Source of the DNA: Anaerolineae bacterium
GTDB lineage: Bacteria; Chloroflexota; Anaerolineae; S140-20
Direction of reading: 5' to 3'
NCBI GenBank assembly: GCA_027021705.1
Contig: JALUTT010000025.1
Location: forward strand, 1 to 38,801
Length of the DNA: 38,801 bases
The notes beneath the pieces were generated by a model. The model was not told the DNA's origin, did no database searches, and saw only the letters and a program-made list of their open reading frames with translations. The translations under genes were made by a program, and so were the position numbers. Shown here one piece after another: positions 18,625 to 29,070 of this stretch (the first letter of the stretch is position 1; every line of letters begins with the position of its first letter).

Positions 18625-18969
18625 TTATCCTCCTCCATCCGGCTCGCGACCGACGAACACGGCGGCCAGCAGGAGACCGAGGGCCAGCGCCCGAATCAGG
18701 GAGCCGGCCAGCGTGTTGACCATCAACACCCGCCCTACCTTGCCGGCCTCCCAAGTCAGGCCGGCCCCCCTGTAGACGACGTAGGCACCCAGAAGCGTCT
18801 GTCCGAGCAGGGTCAGCACCAGCAGCCCCATCGCGGCCAACGTGAACGCGCAGGGACGTGGATACCGAGGCCGAAACGCCAAGGCGAGGACGATCCCCAC
18901 GAGATAGGCGAGCAAGAGAGGGGATTGTCCTGCAAGCTGGGTCAGAAACAGGACGAGCAAATCGTTCAC
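18625..18969 (-). CDS. Hypothetical membrane protein, 114 aa (about 3 TM)
   Basis: GGAGAGG RBS; GTGA overlap with the upstream gene; hydrophobic segments. Confidence 0.7.
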   Translation of the reverse strand: MNDLLVLFLTQLAGQSPLLLAYLVGIVLALAFRPRYPRPCAFTLAAMGLLVLTLLGQTLLGAYVVYRGAGLTWEAGKVGRVLMVNTLAGSLIRALALGLLLAAVFVGREPDGGG

Positions 18970-19373
18970 GTTTCACCTCTCCACACAGCCCGGATGAAGG
19001 AGATCAGGCTGAGGACCAGCACCAAAAGGCCGTCCATCCGGGCCACCCAGACGTCAGGGTAGTTCAGTTCGTGAGCCACAGCCGCAATGGCTACCACACC
19101 GACCATGATCGTCACGCTAAACACGACATTCCAAGACGGCATCGCACTGCTCGCCTGGAACCAGTACCCCACCGTTACGGTGATCAGGGCGAAGTCCACG
19201 AGGAATATCCACACCGGGGAAAGCCTCCAGCGGCTTCCGAGCACCTGGACGGCCGCGAAGACGAGTACCAACCCGAAGAGGCTCAGGGCCGGTCGCTTCC
19301 CAAATGCCCAGATCAGGAACGCCCATAGAAGCGCGAGAATGACGGCCAGCAAAGCAAGGAGCCGGATGGGCAC
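18966..19373 (-). CDS. Hypothetical membrane protein, about 135 aa (4-5 TM)
   Basis: GTG start with GGAGG RBS; almost entirely hydrophobic. Confidence 0.65.
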   Translation of the reverse strand: MPIRLLALLAVILALLWAFLIWAFGKRPALSLFGLVLVFAAVQVLGSRWRLSPVWIFLVDFALITVTVGYWFQASSAMPSWNVVFSVTIMVGVVAIAAVAHELNYPDVWVARMDGLLVLVLSLISFIRAVWRGET

Positions 19374-19528
19374 CGTGGCTGTCCCTCCAGAGGGCCCGCT
19401 ACAGAGCCGAGAGGACAAGGTGCGGGCAAACCGCCTTGGGATAGTCCGCTTCGAGCGGGCAGGCCCCCTAGCCTGGCGATCGGTTGCCAGGTGGCGGCCG
19501 ACGATAGGTTTCCGAGCACTCTCTGAGG

Positions 19529-19558
19529 ATTATACCCTGTAGTCGCCCTTCCTGTCAA
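19529..19558 (-). promoter_or_regulatory. Consensus sigma70 promoter
   Basis: TTGACA (19558-19553), 18 nt spacer, TATAAT (19534-19529). Confidence 0.75.
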
Positions 19559-19646
19559 AAGCTATGATCGCCCGGCTCTCCCCGGGGAGACCGACCCGTT
19601 ATCGGGGGCCACCCGAAGGCCGAAGCGGTGGCCGGCGAGAGCAGCC

Positions 19647-20480
19647 TCAGAGGCTGAACCCCAAGATGAGGGCCAGGGCGACCAGCGCCACCACCGCGAA
19701 CTCGGCCAGAACCCGGCGGTTCAGCCGCTCCAGGAGGTGCTGCTGCGCGATCCCCACGCTCAGGTAGAAGAGCAACAGCAGGAGCAACCCGCCGGTCCAA
19801 GGGCTGATCATCCAGTAGTTCAACGCCCAGGCGCTCTCCCCCATCAGCAGGGCGACGAGGAGGGCGTATAGGCCACTGCGCCGCTGCCCCGCCTCCGTGG
19901 TGTTCAACAGCTCAAAAGCCAGGACTAGGCTGACGCCCAGCGTGGCCGTGGCCGTCACCAGGCTCCGAACCCGGGTGGCGTAGATGAGGGTGAAGCTGAT
20001 GAAGGCCAGACCATAGGCGATGGCGTTGAGGGCCAGGCGGGCGCGGGGAAAGCCGAAGCTGTCCGGGTCCACCGCGCCGAACTCGGCGATGACCACCAGA
20101 GTCAGGAAGGCCCCCAGGAGGAGCAGGCCGCCCCACCAGAGGGGCCAGGGGGAGAGGCGGGGCAACAGCACCGCCCCCAGCAGCGCGGTGAGGCCGGGCA
20201 GGGGCCAGAAGAGATAGAAGGGGGGACGATGGGGCTGCTGCATCCTCGGGTGCAGGCGCAGGACGGCGTTCGTCCCACTGCAGGCCAGAGCGGGAAGCAC
20301 CGTCGCCAGCACCCAGTGGCCGGTCAGGGTGAAAGAGAGGGGAGACCCCAGCGCCATCAGCGTGAAGGTCCGGGGGGGGAGTTCGACAAAGCGCAGGAGG
20401 ACCGGCGTGAGCAGGATGAAGCCCACCAGGACGCTCAGCCGGTCTCGATCGGGGGTCGGGAGGGTTTCGGGCTCGAACAT
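19647..20480 (-). CDS. Multi-pass membrane protein, 277 aa (possibly DUF5656-like)
   Basis: About 9-10 hydrophobic segments; ESAWALNYW motif. The family name is tentative. Confidence 0.8.
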   Translation of the reverse strand: MFEPETLPTPDRDRLSVLVGFILLTPVLLRFVELPPRTFTLMALGSPLSFTLTGHWVLATVLPALACSGTNAVLRLHPRMQQPHRPPFYLFWPLPGLTALLGAVLLPRLSPWPLWWGGLLLLGAFLTLVVIAEFGAVDPDSFGFPRARLALNAIAYGLAFISFTLIYATRVRSLVTATATLGVSLVLAFELLNTTEAGQRRSGLYALLVALLMGESAWALNYWMISPWTGGLLLLLLFYLSVGIAQQHLLERLNRRVLAEFAVVALVALALILGFSL

Positions 20481-20487
20481 AGCCGGG

Positions 20488-20516
20488 ATTCTACTGCCAG
20501 CGCCCACTTTTGTCAA
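20488..20516 (-). promoter_or_regulatory. Sigma70 promoter, probably producing a leaderless mRNA
   Basis: TTGACA, 17 nt spacer, TAGAAT, then 7 nt to the ATG at 20480; no SD. Confidence 0.7.
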
Positions 20517-20527
20517 ACGGCGGTCGG

Positions 20528-20536
20528 TGGTATAAT
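20528..20536 (+). promoter_or_regulatory. Extended -10 promoter for the prepilin peptidase transcript
   Basis: TGGTATAAT, divergent from and overlapping the minus-strand promoter region. Confidence 0.65.
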
Positions 20537-20560
20537 GCGTTAGGGCGACCCGACACTTGG

Positions 20561-20853
20561 TCGGCGTCGGGAGACTCGGCGCCGGGAGACGCCTCCTACA
20601 TCTGGCCGGCGTAGGAGGGCTATCCTAGCCCGACCTCGGCGTCGGAGGACTCGGCGTCGGGAGACTCGGCGTCGGGAGACGCCTCCTACATCCAACCGGC
20701 GTAGGAGGGCTATTCTAGCCCGACCTCGGCGTCGGGAGACGCCTCCTACATCTGGCCGGCGTAGGAAGGCTATCCTAGCCCGACCTCGGCGTCGGAGGAC
20801 CCGGCGTCGGGAGACTCGGCGTCAGAGGACGCCTCCTACATCCAACCGGCGTA
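20561..20853. repeat. GTAG-family REP/REPIN-like cluster
   Basis: GTAGGA(G/A)GGCTAT(C/T)CTAGCCCGA at 20611, 20701 and 20761. Inverted partner TCGGCGTCGGGAGACGCCTCCTAC-like at 20576, 20666, 20726 and 20816. 15-bp sub-repeats and a 150-bp higher-order duplication. Confidence 0.85.
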
Positions 20854-20867
20854 TTTGGGAGAAGGCG

Positions 20868-21608
20868 ATGATCCTGCTCTACAGCCTTTTGGGGCTGCTG
20901 ATGGGTGGCCTGGTCAACGGACTGGCCGACACCTTGCCCCGAGAACGACGCCCGGCGCGTCCCCAATGCCCCTACTGCGGCGTCCCACGTCCGCCGGCTG
21001 ACTGGCTGGCCGTCGTGAGCTACCTGCTGGGCCGGGGGCGATGCCCCGCCTGCACCGCCCCCATCCCCCTGCGCTCCGTCGTCGTGGAGCTGAGCCTGGC
21101 CCTGGGCTTCGCCTACCTCTACGGCCTCTACGGCCCCACCCTCCACCTGCTGCTGGTCAGCCTCTACGGGATCATCCTGGCCCTGATCACCGTGATAGAC
21201 CTGGAGCACCGACTGATCCTCAACGTCGTCATCCTGCCGGCGATCCTGCTGGCCCTCGTCACCGCCCCTCTCCTGCCGGCGATGACCTGGAAGCGGGTGC
21301 TGGTGGGGGGGCTGGTCGGCTTCCTCTTCTTCTACCTGGCTGCTCTGGCCTATCCAGGCGGAATGGGGGCCGGCGACGTGAAGCTGGCCGCTTTCATCGG
21401 CCTCATCAGCGGCTTCCCCGGCGTTGTCGTCGCCCTCCTGGTCACCCTCTTCGCCGGCGGCTTCGTCAGCCTCCTCCTCCTCCTGACCCGGCTCCGCTCC
21501 TTGAAGGACCCCATCCCCTACGGCCCCTTCCTGGTCGTGGGGGGGCTGACCGCCCTCCTGTACGGCCAGCAGATCGTCGCTTGGTACCTGGCCCGGGCCG
21601 GCGTGTGA
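20868..21608 (+). CDS. pilD: Prepilin peptidase (A24 family)
   Basis: CPYC/CPAC zinc motif, catalytic IDLEHRLI and GMGAGDVKL, IPYGPFL; multiple TMs. Confidence 0.9.
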   Translation: MILLYSLLGLLMGGLVNGLADTLPRERRPARPQCPYCGVPRPPADWLAVVSYLLGRGRCPACTAPIPLRSVVVELSLALGFAYLYGLYGPTLHLLLVSLYGIILALITVIDLEHRLILNVVILPAILLALVTAPLLPAMTWKRVLVGGLVGFLFFYLAALAYPGGMGAGDVKLAAFIGLISGFPGVVVALLVTLFAGGFVSLLLLLTRLRSLKDPIPYGPFLVVGGLTALLYGQQIVAWYLARAGV

Positions 21609-21618
21609 AGGTGTTCCC

Positions 21619-22677
21619 GTGTCGGACAGAGCCCGTGAGACCCGGCGCTCGGACTGGCGCGACCTCCTCCGGGGCGATCCCCTCCCCTGGCTGTTGGAGC
21701 CCACCAACCCCTCGGTCCGCTACCTCACCCTCACCCAACTGCTGGACCGGCCCGAGGACGATCCCCAGGTGCAGGCAGCAAGAGGCCAGATCGAGGGCTC
21801 CCGACCGGTGCAGGAGATCCTGGCCGCCCAATACCCGGCCGGCTACTGGATGCGCCCCGGCATCGGCTACAGCCCCAAGTACCGGGCCACCCTGTGGCAG
21901 ATCATCTTCCTGGCCGAACTGAGGATGCAACGCAACGAGGCGCTGGACCGGGCCGTCGTCCACGCAATCCGGCAGGCCCAGCGCCCCGATGGCCACTTCA
22001 TCGCCAACCGGGAGCGGGGCGGTGCTATCCTCTGTCTCCACGGCAATCTGCTCCGCGCCCTCGTCCTCTTGGGCTACGGGGAGGAGCCGGCCGTACAGCG
22101 GGGCTGGGAGGCCCTGGCGCAGGCCGTGGAGCGAGGCGGCTTCCACTGTCGTTACAACGGTGGGCTCCCCTGCGCCTGGGGCGCGGTCAAGGCCCTGCGG
22201 GCCATCGTCACCCTCCCGTCGGAGAGGCGTCCCCCCATCCTGGAACAGGCCCTCGCAGCCGCCGCGGACTTCCTGCTGGCCCACGACCCGATGGCGGCCA
22301 CCTATCCGACGCCGACCCGGCCTAGCCCCCGCTGGTTCCAGTTGGGCTTCCCCCCCACCCACGAGGCCGACCTGCTGGAACTCCTGGAGGCCCTGGTCGC
22401 CGCCGGCCGGGGGGACGACGAACGGCTGCTCCCCCTGCTCCGGTGGCTGCTGGCCCGCCAAGACGAGGCCGGCCGCTGGCGGTTGGGCCGCACCCCCTCC
22501 CCCACCTGGACCGCCTTCGAGACCGTCGGCCGGCCCTCCCGGTGGATCACCTGGCGGGCCCTGCGCCTGCTGAAACGTCTCTTCGCCTCAGATCTCCCGC
22601 AGGATCTCCCGGAACTCCTCGAAGGGGATCGCCGTCATCGTCTGGGTGGTGGAGACGCCGAAGCTGTTGGCCAGTAG
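21619..22677 (+). CDS. Prenyltransferase/squalene-cyclase repeat (alpha/alpha barrel)-like hypothetical protein
   Basis: WLLEPTNPSVRY N-terminus, QW-like repeats (ILAAQYPAGYW, WLLARQDEAGRW), GRPSRWITWRAL. Confidence 0.7.
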   Translation: MSDRARETRRSDWRDLLRGDPLPWLLEPTNPSVRYLTLTQLLDRPEDDPQVQAARGQIEGSRPVQEILAAQYPAGYWMRPGIGYSPKYRATLWQIIFLAELRMQRNEALDRAVVHAIRQAQRPDGHFIANRERGGAILCLHGNLLRALVLLGYGEEPAVQRGWEALAQAVERGGFHCRYNGGLPCAWGAVKALRAIVTLPSERRPPILEQALAAAADFLLAHDPMAATYPTPTRPSPRWFQLGFPPTHEADLLELLEALVAAGRGDDERLLPLLRWLLARQDEAGRWRLGRTPSPTWTAFETVGRPSRWITWRALRLLKRLFASDLPQDLPELLEGDRRHRLGGGDAEAVGQ

Positions 22678-22884
22678 GGCCACCTTGGCCGCCGTGTTGG
22701 AATCGGGAGCCTCGAAGATGTGGAGGAAGTCGTAGGCCCCCAGCAGAGCGTAGCTGGCGATCCGCTTCACCTCGGGAAAGCGTTCCTCGAGCTGGCGTTG
22801 GAACTCCTCGTCCATCTGGGCCAGGGATTTCACCCGGCGGGCGCCCTCGGCCGAGACCTTGGAGAGCAAGACAAAGGTAGCCAT
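22588..22884 (-). CDS. GYD domain protein, 98 aa
   Basis: AGGAGG RBS; YALLGAYDFLHIFEAPD and TQTMTAIP match the GYD pattern. Confidence 0.85.
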   Translation of the reverse strand: MATFVLLSKVSAEGARRVKSLAQMDEEFQRQLEERFPEVKRIASYALLGAYDFLHIFEAPDSNTAAKVALLANSFGVSTTQTMTAIPFEEFREILREI

Positions 22885-22942
22885 CGCGCACCTCCTGCCC
22901 AGCAGCAACCGGTGAGGGGGGCTCGCCGAAAGGGGCCCCCGC

Positions 22943-24763
22943 TCACGACGTTCGACCGAACTCTCGGGCCAACTGTTCCGCGCTCAGGACGAGCACCGTG
23001 GGCCGGCCGTGGGGACAGGTCCGAGGGGCTGTACACTGCTCCAGTTGGCGGAGCAGCGATTCCATCTCGGCGAGGGAGAGCACCTTCCCCGCCTTGATCG
23101 CCGCCCGCTTGCAGACCCGACGGGCGATCCGCTCGCCGATCTCCCGGGCCAACGGCTCCTCCCCCGCCTCCAGCTCGGCCACCAGATCGTGCACCATCTG
23201 GGCGACGTCGGCATCGGCCATCATCGCCGGCACCGCCCGCACCAGCACCGTCTCCCGGCCAAAGAGCACGATGTCGAAGCCCAGCGAGGCCAGCAGCGCC
23301 TGGTGCTCCTCGACCAGGGAAGCACTCCCCGGGTCCAGGTCCACCGGCAGCGGCTCCAACAGGGGTTGGGACGTCACCTGAGCCCGGGCCTGCTCTGCCA
23401 AGAAGCGCTCGTAGAGGATCCGCTCGTGGGCTGCATGCTGGTCAATCAGGTACATCCCATCCGGCCCCTCGGCGATGATGTAGGTCGCCTGCAACTGCCC
23501 CACCACCCGCAGGATGGGCAATCCGCCGCCGGGGATCCCCTCGGCCCCCTCCGCCCGTGCCTCAGCCTCACCTGCCACCTCCGCCGGATGGGGAACCGGG
23601 AGGGTGAGCTGGCGGCCTTCTTGGCGGGGGACCTGGGTGAGGACGGGGCGAGGTCGGCCCTCCGTCCACCCTCCCGTGACCGTTGGAGGCAGCGTCGAGC
23701 CTTCAGCCGGGGCCTCTCCCTCGACCATCGGCGCCGCAGGAGCTCCCCGAACCTGAGGGATGGGCGCCTGCTCCAGCAGCGCCTGGCGCACCGCCCGCTG
23801 GACCAGCCGGAAGACCCCATCCCCGTCCCGGAAGCGGACCTCCGTCTTGGCCGGGTGGACGTTGACGTCCACCTCTTCCGGCGGGAGCGTGATCTGCAGC
23901 ACCGCCAGGGGGTAGCGCCCCGTGGGTAGGAAGGTATGATAGGCCTGGATCACCGCGTAGGTCAAGCGAGTGTCCGCAATCCAACGACCGTTCACGAAGA
24001 GGGTGATCTCCTGCCGGTTGGCCCGGTGGAGGGCCGGCGGGCTGACGAAACCCCTCACCCCCCGGCCATCGCCGCGCTGGGCATCCGGTGAGCCCACGGC
24101 CAGCATCAGCCGCGCCACCTCGACGCCGTAGACGGCGACCAGCACCTCCCGCAGGTCCCCGCTGCCGTCGGTGTGGAAGACCTCCCGCCCATCGTGGGAG
24201 AGCACGAACCGGATGTGGGGGTAGGCCATCGCGTAGCGGGTCACCAAGCGGTCTATCCGGCGCTGTTCCGAGCGGGGCGTCCGCAGGAACTTCCGCCGGG
24301 CCGGGACGTTGAAGAAGAGGTCCTCGACGGTGATCACCGTGCCCGGGGGGCGCCCCACACGGGAGTGAGCAACGACCTGCCCCCCCTCCAGGCGCAACCG
24401 GGTGCCCACCTCCTCCCCCTTGGCCCGCGTCACACAGGTCACCCGGGCCACGGCGGCGATGCTGGCCAGAGCCTCCCCTCGAAAGCCCAGGGTGCGGATA
24501 TGGCTCAGCTCCTCGGCCGTCTGGAGCTTGCTGGTGGCGTGACGGGCGAAAGCCAGACGCACCTCGTCGGCGGGGATGCCGCAGCCGTCGTCGGCGACCT
24601 GAATACGGCGACGACCGCCCTGGCTCACATCCACCGTGATGGTGGACGCGCCCGCGTCTATGGCGTTTTCGATCAACTCCTTGACCACGGAGGCGGGCCG
24701 CTCGACCACCTCGCCGGCCGCGATCCGGGCCACGATCTCCGGTGGTAGGATGTGGATGGACAT
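22943..24763 (-). CDS. mutL: DNA mismatch repair endonuclease MutL
   Basis: IAAGEVVERPASVVKELIENAIDAG, GFRGEALASI, DVNVHPAK, endonuclease motifs DQHAAHERILYE and CPHGRP. Confidence 0.97.
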   Translation of the reverse strand: MSIHILPPEIVARIAAGEVVERPASVVKELIENAIDAGASTITVDVSQGGRRRIQVADDGCGIPADEVRLAFARHATSKLQTAEELSHIRTLGFRGEALASIAAVARVTCVTRAKGEEVGTRLRLEGGQVVAHSRVGRPPGTVITVEDLFFNVPARRKFLRTPRSEQRRIDRLVTRYAMAYPHIRFVLSHDGREVFHTDGSGDLREVLVAVYGVEVARLMLAVGSPDAQRGDGRGVRGFVSPPALHRANRQEITLFVNGRWIADTRLTYAVIQAYHTFLPTGRYPLAVLQITLPPEEVDVNVHPAKTEVRFRDGDGVFRLVQRAVRQALLEQAPIPQVRGAPAAPMVEGEAPAEGSTLPPTVTGGWTEGRPRPVLTQVPRQEGRQLTLPVPHPAEVAGEAEARAEGAEGIPGGGLPILRVVGQLQATYIIAEGPDGMYLIDQHAAHERILYERFLAEQARAQVTSQPLLEPLPVDLDPGSASLVEEHQALLASLGFDIVLFGRETVLVRAVPAMMADADVAQMVHDLVAELEAGEEPLAREIGERIARRVCKRAAIKAGKVLSLAEMESLLRQLEQCTAPRTCPHGRPTVLVLSAEQLAREFGRTS

Positions 24764-24822
24764 AGGCATCCTTCGGTGAGCCCATAGGGGAGAGACGAGA
24801 GAAGGGTGGATGCTCCGAAGAT

Positions 24823-24893
24823 ATTGTACCACAAAAAGGGGCAGGTGGACACAGGCGAACCCGACTTGCCTTTCCTGGAAGTTTGTATACAAT
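24823..24893. promoter_or_regulatory. Divergent mutL/folC promoters
   Basis: Minus strand: TGGTACAAT (24831-24823). Plus strand: TTGCCT (24866), 16 nt spacer, TACAAT (24888). Confidence 0.55.
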
Positions 24894-24933
24894 GCTTACT
24901 TGGAACACCATCCACGGTTCACAGGAGTGACTG

Positions 24934-26331
24934 ATGACCCTAACCTACAACGAGGCCCTAGACTACCTTTACAGCCTGATTGATTACGAGAAGACGCGGA
25001 TCGCTCGCTACGATCCGAAGACGTTGAACCTGGAGCGGGTGGCCCGTCTGCTGGAAGCGTTGGGGAATCCGCACCGGTGTTACCCGACGCTGCACATCGC
25101 CGGGACCAAGGGGAAGGGCTCTGTGGCGGCGATGTGTGAATCGGCGCTACGGGCGTCGGGCGTGCACACCGGCCTCTACACCTCCCCTCACCTGCACACC
25201 TTTCGAGAGCGGATCCGCGTGGATGGGTGGCCGGCCGATCCCCAGGCCATCGCCGACCTGGTCTCCCGGCTCCAACACCTACTGCCCGACCATCCCGGGA
25301 TCACCTGGTTTGAGGCGGTCACAGCCATCGCCTTCCTTTACTTCGCCGAGATGGGCGTGGAGTTCGCCGTCGTCGAGGTGGGTCTGGGCGGGCGGTTGGA
25401 CGCCACCAACGTCATCACCCCCCAGGTTTCGGTGATCACCTCTCTGAGCTACGACCACACCTATCTGCTGGGGGATTCGTTGGCCCAGATCGCCGCCGAG
25501 AAAGGGGGGATCATCAAGCCAGGCGTGCCGGTGGTCTCCGCACCTCAGGCCGAGGAAGCCCTCACCGTGCTGATGGAGATCGCCGAGGCCCGCCAAGCCC
25601 CCCTGACCCTGGTGGGCCGGGACTGGCAGTGGGAGTTCGAGGAAGAATCCCTGGACTGGCAGCGCTTTACCGTCCGCCGGATACCCGCCCAGCCGGGCGA
25701 CTTGAGCGGACCTTACCAGATCCCTTTGCTCGGGCGTCACCAACTCGATAACGCCACCGTAGCCCTCGCCGCCCTCGATCTGCTACGCGAAGCGGGACTG
25801 CCCCTCTCCCAGGAGGCCGTCCAGGAGGGGTTGAGCACGGTGCGCTGGCCAGGCCGTTTCGAGGTCCTGGACCGCACCATCCCGCTGGTGGTGGATTGCG
25901 CCCACAACGGGGACTCAGCAGCCAAGCTGGCTGCTGCGCTGGCCGAGTGGTTCCCGGGTCGGCGCTGGACCTTCGTCTTCGGAGCCTCCAACGACAAGGA
26001 CGTGGCCGGTATGCTCACCGCCCTGCGTCCGGTGGCCGCCCGCTTTCTCTTCACCCGTTCTCGCCATCCCCGGGCCGCCGATCCGACCGCCCTGGCCGCT
26101 GTGGCCGGGGACGACCTGCCCTTTGAGACGATCGCCGACCTCCCTACCGCCCTTCAGCGGGCCCTCCTGCTCGCGGGGCCGGAGGAAGGGGTCTGCGCAA
26201 CCGGGTCCATCTTCATCGTTGCCGATGCCCGGGAGACCTGGTCCTGGCTCACCGGCCATCTGCTTCTGGAGGTCGAACCCGACGTCATCTGGCATCCTCT
26301 GCCCCATCCGGCAGCGGAGAGCTTGGTGTAG
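24934..26331 (+). CDS. folC: Bifunctional folylpolyglutamate/dihydrofolate synthase
   Basis: HIAGTKGKGS, YTSPHL, VEVGLGGRLDATNV, WPGRFE, DCAHN. Confidence 0.95.
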   Translation: MTLTYNEALDYLYSLIDYEKTRIARYDPKTLNLERVARLLEALGNPHRCYPTLHIAGTKGKGSVAAMCESALRASGVHTGLYTSPHLHTFRERIRVDGWPADPQAIADLVSRLQHLLPDHPGITWFEAVTAIAFLYFAEMGVEFAVVEVGLGGRLDATNVITPQVSVITSLSYDHTYLLGDSLAQIAAEKGGIIKPGVPVVSAPQAEEALTVLMEIAEARQAPLTLVGRDWQWEFEEESLDWQRFTVRRIPAQPGDLSGPYQIPLLGRHQLDNATVALAALDLLREAGLPLSQEAVQEGLSTVRWPGRFEVLDRTIPLVVDCAHNGDSAAKLAAALAEWFPGRRWTFVFGASNDKDVAGMLTALRPVAARFLFTRSRHPRAADPTALAAVAGDDLPFETIADLPTALQRALLLAGPEEGVCATGSIFIVADARETWSWLTGHLLLEVEPDVIWHPLPHPAAESLV

Positions 26332-26493
26332 CGGTCGGTCTAGCTCCCTGACCGTTGTCGCCCTCCCGCAGGCCACCCAGTGCCCGGCGACAGCCATGGC
26401 TTACCGGAGACTGCCTATGACGCGCTTCAGGCCATAGGGGGAACCTGCAGGAGGGTCGCCGGGAGATGGGTCAAGCAGCTCAGTGGCTGGTCG
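26332..26493 (+). ncRNA. Candidate structured RNA between folC and lon (6S-like or a cis-acting leader)
   Basis: Nested long-range complementarity with G-U pairs favouring the + strand. CCCTGACCG...GGGTCAAG loosely resembles 6S RNA stem motifs. Not verified. Confidence 0.25.
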
Positions 26494-26533
26494 AATCCTT
26501 GGTAACTTGGTAACTAGGAGAGATCCAAAAGCG

Positions 26534-28993
<2,460 letters not shown>

Positions 28994-28996
28994 TGA

Positions 28997-29027
28997 CGAG
29001 GGGGCGTAGCCATGCTACGCCCCCTCG
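28997..29027. terminator. Perfect 14-bp inverted repeat after lon (terminator-like or REP-like hairpin)
   Basis: CGAGGGGGCGTAGC-CAT-GCTACGCCCCCTCG; no clear U-tract. Confidence 0.55.
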
Positions 29028-29070
29028 GTTGTGGGGCCTTCGCAGGATTAGCGAACGTAGGGGGAGTGCG

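Noticed and set aside
19420..19520. c-di-GMP-I/II or cobalamin riboswitch
   Set aside because: Only fragments match (GGCAAAC, GGAAAC, CCCGCA); the required conserved cores are absent. Kept only as an unclassified structured leader.
20561..20853. CRISPR array
   Set aside because: The repeats alternate in orientation and the intervening sequences recur, which fits REP/REPIN organisation.
24764..24892. N-terminal extension of MutL given by the ORF track
   Set aside because: It spans the divergent promoter region; MutL homology begins at MSIHILP (24763).
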